Positions 37,207-49,998 of a DNA stretch of 64,000 nucleotides are shown here, in pieces. Origin of the DNA: Balanoglossus misakiensis. Lineage: Eukaryota > Animalia > Hemichordata. The stretch is from positions 12,182,875-12,246,874 of the forward strand of contig CM082584.2 in the NCBI GenBank assembly GCA_040954595.2, given 5' to 3'. The notes beneath the pieces are model-generated. The model was not told the origin of the DNA and searched no databases. It was given only the letters and a program-made list of their open reading frames with translations. The translations under genes and the position numbers were made by a program. Numbering within the stretch: the first letter of the stretch is position 1; each line of letters opens with the position of its first letter.

Positions 37207-40200
37207 ATGAAAAAACGGAAGGAGTTGGACGCCCTTCTCGTCAGCAATGGTAAAATAGGAAAGAAGAAAAAACGCTCCGACACGGGTCATGAATTGTTAC
37301 GAACGCACGACTCGTCGTCAGAAGTGGAGGAGTACTGTGCCGCGCCGAGAAAAACTATTATCAGGAAGTAAGGATCTGGCCAAATAGTTGTTTAAGAAAT
37401 GTGGTTTTTGTAACAAATGTACAGTTCATGACCAGCCCGGTTAAACGTCACAGATTTCGGCCTCTTCCCCGACCGATTTGATTTCCTTCGAGTTGAAATG
37501 TTTATGGTGAATCCTGTCCTTTTACACTTAATATGTGGATTTCTGTACAGTCAGTCAGAAAGTCTGAAGTTTGATCACTGTGTGAAACCATATTTCCAAA
37601 ATCGCAATGCCAAAACTTTTCATTATAAATAGCTGTTTAATATTGTGAACTCTGGACAGGGTTTTATTTACATTTCTGCTCAACTGATGTTCTCAGGATA
37701 TCATAGTAAACATCAGGCGATTTCATGAAAACATCACATATCCTGTTGACAGTTGTTGAGGGGGTGACCGTGTGTGTGTGTGTGTGTCACTATGTGTGTG
37801 TGGGGGGGGTAATCACTTATTTGACAGTATAGGTGGCCATATTAAAATTGACAATTGGACATAGCCTAGGTCAGTAACTTTCAGAGGAGTTTAAATGTCA
37901 TTTTAATATCATCTGTTGCCAACCATTTCAGAAATACTTCAATTTCTATAATGGACTATTATGTGGGGTGGTATACTAGTGGATATCATCAAAGGAAACG
38001 AGCAGAAAACAAACGTATGGTAAAGCTTTTATGATGTTTTTATATATAATTCCCCCGTATTTCGAACGAGTGTGCCTGCGTCGCGGACGAGTGATTCCCC
38101 GTATAGCGGCCGTATCCCTCCGAGCCGCAGGCGAGGAGGGATACAGCTATACGGGGAATCACGAGTTCGCGACGCAGGTACACGAGTGAGGAATACGGGG
38201 GAATTATATGTTTATCACATACATAGATCCGCTAATTTTGATTTTCAAATAAATCTCTTTGTGGTTGCGATAAAATTTGGAACTATTTTGTGCAAAATTG
38301 AAGATCGATGTTATGCGGTCTATCTATCAGGTGACTCAGGTCACGACCTGGACGATTCTGGTTTTGGCGATGACCCGTCTGTCGTGCGTCAGCTGGATTT
38401 CATCGTCCGTTAAGGTTTCACTGGAGCAGGAAACCTTTCTTATGCCTTTTGCTTTATGACTAGACCGTTTTGCTCTAATCGTCGCATCAAAATTTTTGCG
38501 AATACTCAGTTTTGTACCTGTCGCTCGTTCGACAACGCGACGACATTGGCTCAGCACTGACGACCTCGCGACAGTTTTGGTGCCGGTTGGTGCGATAAAA
38601 ATGTACACAGGTAAAACTAATCGTCGATCGTCCATATTTACACATACGAAACATTTTATTTATCTTTGCTTATTTTTTAATATCGAAATAAAACCAACAA
38701 TTGCACTGAATTTTGTCGCCCTAAGAGGACTTTGTTTACAAGTTTAAAATAGTTCCGTTTGGTGACGTCAGAGGGATGGGTATTACAATAACGCTTGGTG
38801 CAAATTTACCTACGTCTGACGTCATACTATGGTATATGCGGAGCTATGTATGTGATAAAGACATGTAAATGGCATTACAGAATTAGAACATACTGTGTGT
38901 GCTGTGCATGGAAATCTGATACCATCATGTTGTGGGCTTCCTCATTTGGCAATGTGCAGAATGCTGAAATAACAAAATGATATGCGTGTGCTGTGTTATG
39001 TGAGTTAAATTGGATGAATGACAGGCCTCAATAAAAGAATGCAATGTAATATTAGGTCCAGATCTGTCTCTTTGAAGTACTGGTAGAAAGGTATTTAATG
39101 AGACATTAATTTTTCATTCATGAAAAATCCCATCCCACCATGTGTGAACATTTGTACCAAAACCTGGGCTGGATCATGAACTGTCCCGTGAGTTATTCCC
39201 TGTCAGAATGGCTCATCCTTACTTCCTGGTACTCAATGCAGAATTTTCCCTCACCACCACTCACACAGGCAGGCTAGATCACGGATATGTGCCGTCTGCT
39301 TCCCAATATGTGCATTCGTACTGGTGGTTGCATGTATAGCGGTTTGTACCGGACTTGTCTGGATGAATATAGACTTGAAGAAAGATGTAGACGAGCTCAG
39401 ACTAAGGCTACAAAAAGGTAAAAAGAAAGAAAGAAATTTCCCTATTCCTGGAAATGTACAGTTCAAAGTGTATCAGTGTGTAATGTGTTTTCCATGAATA
39501 TCAATAAGTGTGTGACATACCCTGATTAATGTGCATTTTCAGTTATTCACTAATGACTTTTCTTAGTCATAAATCATGGATAATATTAATGGTGTAGATC
39601 AGAAGATATGAAACTATGTATCACTTCCATGTACTAGTTATACACACATTTTGTCTCTAGTGGATGTTTATATAAGACATGTTAAAAATCACATGTGGTG
39701 AATTGCATCGTGACTGGTGTGTCACTTTCCAAACAACATATGCCCCAGTAATGTTTGTCCAGTCACACGTGTACCAGAGACGAATGATTGAATTCTACCA
39801 AATTCCCATGGTGAAAAGTGACATGAAAGGCATTTTGAGGTACATAAATATAACATTGCAGAACTGCTTAGGTACTGGAAATATGCACGGCATAAAAATG
39901 AAACGGATTTGTGTACATGTTCAGCTCTGATACACTATCCACTGGGTAACCATGAAAACCTACGTTGGAACATGCAGTCTATATGCAGACTAGTGCCTTC
40001 ATTGGCAGTCTTTGGGGTACGACTCCCACGTACAGTAACAGTGTGAGTTGCCACGGCAACACGTATGTTGTCATGGCATTTCCATGAGGGGTTTTTCTTG
40101 TTAAGAAGCCCTGCTTTCTCATTTAATTTCCACTCAGATACATAAATGCTATTCCTTGAAAAGGAGACACAATTGAACCATTTATGTTGCCCTGGGTCAT

Positions 40201-43200
40201 ATACTGAAGACGGGTAATAATGCTGATAATTCAGTCGTCTGAAAAATTGGTGCCATTACAGTGAAATGTTTAGAATAACTTGCAGTGCTGGAAGTCAGAA
40301 GAATAGATGCTGCTGCAGTGAAATGTTTAGAAATGGTGTGAATGTATGGAATTATTGTACAAGCACATTCTTCTAATGGATTTGCATCCTTCAAGCAACA
40401 CACAATTTGGATGCAGTATAAAATGAGCTTGTTTTGAGGAAAAGTGAGGGATGGATGGCAGTGACTGGTCTGGAATTTTAAGATTCGAAATCCCTTAAAA
40501 GTTGCCTTGATAAATACCAGTAAACAATTAGTGTTGGGTTGTTACTGCAAATTGATGTAGGTTTTGAGCTCATTTGATATAACGGGATACTGTAGATTTC
40601 TCAGTGGCCCCCACTTCAAGGCATGGATAATAGCTTCTCCATCAGGTGTGTTGTGAATGTTGAGTGTGTCTAATGTCTATAGAATATGAGCTGAGTAGCT
40701 CTGAAATTGCACTTGCTGCTGGCTGTATTGTACAGCAGATCTTGTTCAAGTCTTGATTGACATTCAGGGACTGTAGAGTGGTGAAGACAGCTACTGGCTG
40801 TTGTTTTCGGTGGAAGATTGACATTCGTGACATTCTATGGATGCGGTTTCAAAAATAGCCTCGTCTAATCTGCAGACTTGTGCCTGTCATTCCGGGAACA
40901 TTTATACAAATAAGTGGAACACCTGCGACCTTTTGAGACATAAATATTTAATATAAATAGAATTCCTGTCAAGGAGAACAGTCTGTGGTGTTGGAAGTAG
41001 GTTTGAGTAGAAATCTAACTGTGATGGTAAATACCACATCTGGGCCAGACAAAACTGTTGATGTGTCATGTAGTGCCAGGTGACTTGTAATTTACCAAAC
41101 ATTGATTTTTTTGCCATTTCCAATGCGAAAGTGACTAAAATTTCTAATTTGTTGCCTCAAAGGGTAGCTGGTAATGATGTGACAGAAGCAGGCAATTTCA
41201 GCACCGTGTGTTTGAATTGAAAGCTGCATTTCATGTAAATGGAAAGGTGATCACAGCCATGTACTTTGGCCTTGTGATGTGAATTACCCTCAAATCCATC
41301 TACACCATTTAATCATCTTAAACATTTCTGAGATAATTGCTTTGATCACAGACTCATTAAGGTTTTGAAATTTTGTCTCGTTTACATGCAAATCCTCTCA
41401 GAAGTGTTAAACCACATCGTGTTCATCAAACTATGTTTTATTCAGCTTTTATGTCTAGTAATGTTGCTTTCACAACAATTTTGTATAAAATGGAAAGACG
41501 TAAATGACAGATGGTCTCGCTGCAAGGTTTGAAATCTGACAGGAAGGTACCACGTCTCGCCTGTCTACAGTGGAGTGGCTTTTAGAGAAACCCTAAGCGG
41601 TTCTCGAATTTACTTATTACCATGGCAACACAGGCGAAATTGACTAGCATTAAGGGATGCTTGTCATGTGAAGAGTGTATTGTCATGACTACAAGTGCCT
41701 AAAGAGTAGATTGGTTGTGTTCACTGCATGGATTTGAAACAGACTTTTGATTGAAAAACGGTTGATTTCATCTGCCATGATGTCTGGATAGAAAGTGGCA
41801 GATTATGCGTGGAGATTCTCATAAATGGGATAATTTGTCAGGCTGCACAAGACCTGGATTGAAATTGATTTATTGCGCCAGGTTTCATGACTGTGTAGAT
41901 GATCTGAATAGTGCTTTGTGGATGTGTGGTTCAAAAAATCTATACAGCTTATGGATTGCTGTAACATGCAAAGATTTGAAGTCGAGAATTCATTTACCTG
42001 TGAAAAATTGCTTCTTAAAATAGACTTGAAATTGTACAGAGTACTAGTTTTGCATTGAACAGAAAATCTCTGACTTGATATAGTGCTTAAGATTTATGGA
42101 TAGTAAAGACATGTTGTGGGTGAGGAAGAAAATGATCTAGGAGCAATATAGTGAACTTTGAACGAACACGTACAATGTACATCATGTATTCAGTTAGGGA
42201 AACGGTGTATTTTTATACCTATTGCATCCCATCATAATGAAATTACTATCTGCAATTATGAAATTGCTGTTTCCCATCTCATTAATTTCAGTGTTGTCCA
42301 TCATTACAAAGGAGATAATTGCTCAGTTAATTTTCAGCAGTTACTTTTATGAGTCACGATTAATTAGTGTGACTTGTGTATGAAATGGACATGAAGATTT
42401 TGAGCAGAGATGGTCTCAATTGGGATCCTAGTTTGAAAATAAATGAGATTTCAAATTGTATAATACATGTACATTTATTTAAATGTTTTTGTTTCATTTA
42501 TCTTGTCATAGTTGAAGCGGACAGCAAAGGCAATTCAGGGGAATATGGAGCTCTCAGAACAGATGTAGAAAAAATTCAGGAGGACATTGAGTCCGTAACA
42601 AAGAGCGAAAATGAAAAAATACAGAAAATTCAGTCTGATCTCAATGATATTTTGTCACAGGTAAGTGAAATACGACTAAATTCTTGAGATCATTGACCTT
42701 GACATCGTCTTAATTCTTCGAAGCGAGTCATAATGCAAGATGTTTTTTGCGTCATTTTCAGATCACTCTTCTAAATAAAACCACCAAGTCGTTGTCGGAG
42801 AGTGTGTCATCAGCAAGTGAATTATTGGCGTTACCAACCACAGTGGCATCATTACAACAGGTTAGTTTGTACAAAATCTGATGCAAAATCTACTCAAAAA
42901 TATCTGTGAATGGTAAAGTCCTTCAAGGCACGTAAAATGTCGTAATTTACCTTTAGTATGAACTGTGATGTATTTTGATTACATTTTAGTCTGTCGCGAA
43001 AATGGGAAGTGATCTGACGAGCCTGCAGGCTAAAGTTGACACTGTGGAGTCAGCAGAAAGGCAGACTGAAAACACAGTTGATGTTGTCAGGACTGATGTG
43101 GAAAGTGTCAAAGTAAGTTAATGGTATTCCGTGCTGACCTCTGTCTTTTGGGATTTTTTTTTTTTTCTTCTTCGGAGACTGATGTACTACGTGTCTGTCT

Positions 43201-46200
43201 GTCCGTGTGTAATTTGCGTTAGGAAGCTGCGTTCACAGTTAGTATGTGGGTGTGCATGAATAATGAGCTGTTCTGTGAACCTTCGGCTTTTGCCATCTTG
43301 GGAGGGAGTCTTGCATAGTGCTGAGATCCTGTCTCCTTACAACTGAGATGTTTCTATTTTGAACCAGAAACACTGTCTACTTCAGAGCTGAGAATGTCTG
43401 TGCGTGTTTGTAGAGGCAAGACCTCCAACAGTGAAGTTGGAAATATATATTTTTAAGAACTAATATTGCAGTCTTGTGCAACTCTGTTGGGGAAACCTTG
43501 CTAACCACTATCTACTGTGTGAATCTTGACAGGAGAGACTTGACGGCATGGAACTGTCAGTCATGACACAAGGCAACCAGGAGAAAGAAGTGGCTCCTCC
43601 CACCCTTGCACCACTCCTCAAAGCCCTGACCACGCCCACACCGGCCCACGAGTTGGTTGCAGCTACAGAACAGGTACAGGCAACTGGTCAGAGTGCCACT
43701 GGGGACATCAGCGCTGTGCAGAACTATTTACAGCAGGTAGGTCTGGAGAAGAAAGGTCCCTCCCTCAGCTTGGATCTCCCATATCAGCTAGCAATGTGCA
43801 TGTCAGAGTATTTGTCATCACTGACCGGTGTTGTGCTTTCTTGCAGGAAATTGACAGAGTTGGCCTGGATGTTGAAGATCTCAACTCCACCATAGTCACG
43901 TTGCAGAGTCAGTACAACAATCTGATCAGCCGAGTCACCTTGATTGAAACTGGCGTTACAGCCCCTGCGTCAATGATCAATGAGAGCACAAATATCGACA
44001 TTCAAGAAATGTACAATAATTTACATAATCTGGTAGGTTTGACCTCTGCACTTTCACCTTTGACATGCAATGTGCGTTGGTCTATCTTCTGTTATTACAT
44101 ATCTTTTCTTCCTCTTACATGATGGTGTTCATTTTATCACTGTCGTGGATCCTGCTAACTTGATTGTTTCCTTGCAGATGAATCTTCTCCAACAAAACGT
44201 GACAAGCTCAGATGAGGTTGAACTTGACAAAGACAGTCTGAAAGAACTTGAAGAAGAGATTCAGAACATGACAGATATGGTGTTGGCCCTGAGAGAGAGA
44301 GTCAATCAGGCAAGTGGAAATACGATCATTGTCACAGTCCATAAGTGTCTGTGATTGCTGTATAACATGCTGTAGGAAGACTAACACTGCTAGATTTTAT
44401 TTCCTAAACTTTGATAGAGCATGTGGCTAACTTGCCATGGTGCAGCTCCCTTGACTTAAGTGCTATATTTTCCTTTTATTAACAGTTGAATCCCAATGAT
44501 CTGAACAACAACCTGCTGAACCCAAACACCACCAGGGGTCTTCAAGTCATTCTGGACAAGACGGCCAACAAAATCCGCAGCGACAACAAGGCCATGATGG
44601 ACGGTTTCCAGAGCAACATCAACAATCTGTGGAATCAGTTTGCCCAGCAGAGCGGCACTGTGGCCAGCATACAGCGGGATGTCAGCCAAGTGAAAGAGCT
44701 GGTCAACAGTCTGGCTCACAACACCGATGGATTGGGTGAGTTTTTTGCTGCAAACACCCCTGTTAAGCACCTCTGTTTGGTATGATCCTGTGGTTTTCAG
44801 TGGGTGATGGGTTGGATCATGTGAAGTGAAATGGGGGTGTGGGTTGTGCTGAAACAGAAAATGACACTAAGTCCCCCTACTGTGTGTCTACTGTGCGCAA
44901 GGGAAGTACAAAGTACCGAGTGCAGTTTTGTTAAAATTTAGAAACTTGATGTAATTCTCTTTTGACTAAAGGTGGATTGGAGCCCTCTCAGATCCCTCCC
45001 AACTCTGAAGTGAGCCCACAAAATATCTATCAGGCAGCCAGTGAGCCCAATGTACCCACTGGTGGTGAAGTGCCCAACCCGGACTACAACCCAGAGATTG
45101 CCAACCCAGAGCTGTACCCACAGAACCCAGATGGGTTGAATACTAGCCATCAGGAAACAGGCACGGTTGGAGACCAGGCCATCAACACGGCCAGCATGGT
45201 GCCAACAGTTAAACCAAATCAAAGTAAGTCAAAGTTACAGTGTTAGCTGTCTGAGCCAAATCTCATTTTTCGCATCATCAGAGAACTGGAACTTTATGTA
45301 AGAGATTGATAAACAAGTTGATACTGTTGGGAGGCATTATCTGAACCAATGCATATCTGTATGTTAATATGGGAATTTTCCATTTTCATTGCAGCTGATT
45401 TAACTAATCTGAATATGCCAACACAAGAACACATCACTCTTGGTGGAATATATTCCTCTGAAGGTGAGAAGAGATTTTTTTTGGGGGGGGGGGGGGTGTT
45501 TATATGTAAAGACCAAATTTCTTAGTTGGATGCAATGACGAATGTCATTTAATTTTCATATTTTTTGTCTTTTTTTAAAGATCTTTTGAATCATTTTCTA
45601 CTGTGGGATCATGACGGTGATGATCTGGTGTCATACCCTGATCTCCAGACTTTCTACGGACCAGCATTGCCACCTCAAGAGACCTTGAACGCCTATGATT
45701 TGGACCTCAATGGAAAGTTTGACCGAGATGAACTGGGAATGGCCTTGGGATTTCTGGATATGCTAGAACAACCTGTCACTGGAGGACAGCCCAGTCAGAT
45801 TGCAGCTGACCATCATACAGAACCCCAGCAAGGTAGAGAGGGGCAGATAGCTGGGTGGGAGGGGGAGGGGAGGGGGTAATATCGAAGGAAAACGTAGCCT
45901 GCAGAGAGTATAAGGGTAGACAGGCAAATCAGAAAACTCTAAGATATTTAACCCCCTTCTCCAGCGGACCAGTCCAAATCCATTGTTTCCTATGGTAAAC
46001 CTGGACCTCTATAGTGGGAACTGGGGGTGAAACGGTTTAATAAAGAGGGAAACAGAGATGTAAGAATTCAAAGACACCTTTCCACGTATCCTCCACAGAT
46101 ATTGGCCAGAAACCTGGGTCCTGTCCGACCGTGCCACCTGGTACAGTGGGTGTTTGTGGTGAATATTGTTCCTCAGATTTGAACTGTGATGGCGCCAGTA

Positions 46201-47501
46201 AGTGCTGTTCAAATGGATGTGGGCATACGTGCATGCAGCCTGTTATACCAACACTTCCAACAACAGGTAAATGTACTTCAGTTTTATATCGTTTTGAGCA
46301 GAAGTTCTTTCAAGTGGACAGACACTGCAGATGAGGAAACGATGTGACATATAAAAAGCAAATCATCTTTGATATCGTCTCTGCATTCTCACTGATCTGA
46401 GCACTTAAAGCACTTTTTTCACTCCTATCTTTGAACGCAACAGTGACAGAAAAACCTGGAAGTTGCCCAGCAGTAGCACTATCCCAGGTTGGAGAGTGTG
46501 TCGAGTATTGCACATCTGATGCTGACTGTGGCGGGGACACTAAGTGTTGTTCCAACGGTTGCGGCCACAAGTGTATGCCGCCTGTCTTAGAACCTGTTGA
46601 AGGTGCTGGTAAGTCTTGTACCCTCCAATAGATGATTTCACTCTCAATGCAAAATTTGGAGCTTCATATGTAACCAAGTAAAAGCGTGTGAACGTTTACC
46701 CTTTTCACATATGTCTTGATTTATTGTGTTAAAATTCTCTTGTTTGTTGATCTTTCTTTCTTCTTACCTTTTCATATGCATGCATCATTTAACACATTCA
46801 CTGATCATTTTGTTATACTTATTCAGTGCTGGTATTTTTCACTGTTGATAACAGAGTTCTGTGTGAAATTTGCCTTGGATGTTTTCATATTGCAACTAAT
46901 CTTAACCCATATTCTTCCTTTCTTACTGCCCATGCTTCCCAGGAGCCTTGCTGTAGATCTAATTTTGAACTCTGGTAAGCTTTTCAAACTTTGAAGCTAG
47001 TACAAAACTTCAAACCACCAGTTGTGTGTGTCCATTCCAACAGCATTCTTACTAACATTGTACATTGTAATGACTACATTCTCTTCTGCATTGTTTATAA
47101 TTCCATCGTTACACGTATGTCATGATGTCAAAGTCGGAAAATGCAATCCTTCACATTTCTTAATTTGTGTAGTGACACTTCCAGCCATCTGACCCGTTTT
47201 GATAAGAGGTCAGAGGTCAGATGCCCTTTGTTAGAATGGTAGCAATTCTGTCTTGAAGTGTTCATTCCAGCGAAGACTCTTTTAACCGTGAAACTTTTTC
47301 TTTCCAGCCGATGACGACAGGTTGCAAGGAAGCAACTGGGGAAGCAACAGAGATGAGAAGTACAGCCAGTACAAGCCGTATCAAAAGCCGCAATATCCCA
47401 GCTTCCCTCACTATCCAGAGAAAACCGATCCCATGCAAGAGTGGAAAGAGGAAATGAAACAACAAGGACTTTATCCCAATAATGATAATTCTAAGAAGTA
47501 A
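37207..47501 (+). CDS. EFCAB14: EF-hand calcium-binding domain protein 14-like type II membrane protein with two C-terminal WAP domains
   Basis: Exon 1b MKKRKELDALL..GHELLRT (EFCAB14-type N-terminus); exon 2b 39242-39417 ICAVCFPICAFVLVVACIAVCTGLVWMNIDLKKDVDELR (TM); coiled coil QITLLNKTT..SASELLALPTTVASLQQSVAKMGSDL; EF hands DHDGDDLVSYPDL and DLDLNGKFDRDEL (45583-45832); WAP exons 46098-46267 and 46444-46608; last exon 47308-47501. Confidence 0.88.
38044..38859. mobile_element. Non-autonomous DNA element with a ~165-nt terminal hairpin and a 22-bp inverted-repeat pair, in an EFCAB14 intron
   Basis: Hairpin 38044-38209; IR tttatcacatacatagatccgc (38211-38232) vs gcggagctatgtatgtgataaa (38838-38859), 1 mismatch; CpG-rich interior contrasts with the flanking intron. 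Confidence 0.7.
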
Positions 47502-49998
47502 TGTCCGCTGAAGTAGAGTTTATGAAATTTGAAGAATTACTTGAATTTGCAGATTTTAGTTCCTCTGTCTTAGATGTAGAACCCAGGCTAAGGAATTGTA
47601 GCATAGACATGTAGTCTACTGGGTATTCAGTCAGTGTCTAAAGGGTAGTGTAAAATGGGGGGGGGGGGGCAGTGTTTATGGGGAGGGGAAGAAGTGAAGT
47701 TTGTAAATGATATTTATCAGATGTACACCGCATTTTACACTATGTCCAGATATCTATGAGTATACATTGTGTAGAGTGAAATGTGTTACAAATATTTGTA
47801 CAGTGAATTAAAGCTGCATTTATATTGTAAATAGTGTGTGGTCCTGTCCAGCCAGTGTCTGCAAAATCTTACTGTGTAAGTGCAAAAGTTTATTAACATA
47901 CACAGCAATGTCAGCAGAAGTCGAGTCAAATCACTTTTTTCTGTTCTATTCAAATTCAATATAGTCAGATATAAAATGTCATTTACGACTCTAGTTGATA
48001 TAAATACATGTAGTTCAAAATTGAAAAAAAAATATGTGAAAAAAACTAAGAGAAAATTATCACCCCTCTATGGGTTTCAACTTTCGTTTTTTTGTTGACT
48101 TAAATGTTGACTGTGTACCAAGACTGAGACAGGATATATGTATGAAGCATGTGAATTGTAATTTAGCTTTATTTACAAAATATTCTGTCTACATGTAGAG
48201 CTGAAATATCCTACCCGAAGTATTCTATTCCAAGTAAAAATAAAGATAACTTCTCTTCAGGATAGTCATTCCACAGTCTGTGTTAAGACTGATTAAGTAA
48301 ACTAACTTTGGAAGGGTAAGTAAAGGGAAGGAATAATTTGACCCAAGATTTTTTGTACTTAAAATAGAATTTGTTCAATGTTTGGTGTTATGAAATCTGC
48401 TTGCTTTCACTGTGATAGTTTAATAAATTGGACAGCTTGTCATTTTATATGGGCAAGAATATTATGTGCTGCATATGCAGGAAACTGAAAACTGAGACTT
48501 TAATGGGACATGTGGCACAGAGGCCAAAATCTTACAATCAACAAGACTTAGCCCACCAGATTTGGACAAATGAGTTAAACACAGTGTGATTTTCCGCCTC
48601 ACTTTTTTCATTTCTGACTTCCTGAGATTTTTTGATCTGCAATATGATGATTTATTGGGTTTAAATTTGGCTGAGAGATGAAAGTAAAACATGAAAATCG
48701 ACTACTGGGCTTTTTTCAGCGGACCACAAAATTGTCACTTTATTTTAACATGGATGTCAGAGGGTATATCCTCTGTTGTCTATCAACATGCCTATCATGT
48801 TGTAGGACTAGTCGGAGGCTAAGTATATATTTACAAAAATGACTTTCATTTTATTCTCTATCTGTTTATTGGATTCAGAGAATCAATTTCAAAATGAAAA
48901 TGAAAACAGTAACTTGTATAGATCCTCACTTGTAAAGCCTATTTTGTGAATTATTTTTCAAAGACTTTATATTTTCATTTTGACTTCTTGAAATTACATT
49001 GAATGGTAATTAATGAGTGGAAATCTTTACTGATCGGTTTTGTTTTGATTTGCAGTAAGGTATTCTACATGGTCATATGTTTAATTTTGTTTTTTTGTTT
49101 ATTTGAGGTTTTATTTTGAGCACTGTAAGCAAAGAGTAACAGTTGAAGTGTAAAATTGCCTGCGGTTCGTAGCATAGATAGACTGTGATTTCAAAAATTT
49201 TATGCAGTGGAAAATGTCAACGTTTCCTGTTATTAATGGTGCCACAATATATGGGAGCTCGTAAAACTATGCACTGTATCAGTTGTGTGTAAGTATGTGT
49301 GTGTACAGTCAGAGAACAGACATGGTCTTTGTTTTCTAGTTATGGTTCTTTCTTCTGTGCACAAGAAATATTTTCTAGTTTCTGTGATATTTTAGGAAAA
49401 GGAGATAAGAACTGGGTGGTGTTTGAGTGCTGTACAAATGAACAATGTAAATGAAAGACTTAAAAAATAAAATGTGAATAATTATTACAAGATGTTTTGT
49501 TTCTTGTCTGTGTGTCTACAGCGACCCTTGACCTTTCACCTTGGATAAACTCATTTGGTAAATTTTGTGCTCTGAAGGTGAGTTATCCCTACAGATTTAT
49601 TTGTATGAAAGATGTGCCTCATCATTAAGCTAGTGTTACACTGCTGTAAAAAGGAACGCTGATTTAGGGTTAGCTGGATTGGTGAACGTGATTTGCCTAG
49701 TCTTTGCTGGCTGTGGAAACGCAGGGCAAGCCAAGGGCTGTCTTCTGTAAAATGAGCATTCCCCCCCCCCCCCCCTGATTTTCCTTGTCAATTAGCATAG
49801 TATGTGATAGAAGCGGTACACGGCTTATATTTTCGTGTGACCGTTTAGTCAAAATCACTTCGACAACCTCGCCACGAGTAAGAGGATGCTGAAGATCGTG
49901 AAGGCTCAAGTTCTTTGCCACAGACGAGTGGCCATGGCTGGTGGCCATGGTTACCCACGGAGTCGACGTTGGTGGCGTCCCAGTATGGATGTCTGGTC

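Noticed and set aside
38072-38747. Several ORFs inside the hairpin element
   Set aside because: By-products of GC-rich palindromic DNA; no transposase, HUH or recombinase motifs seen.
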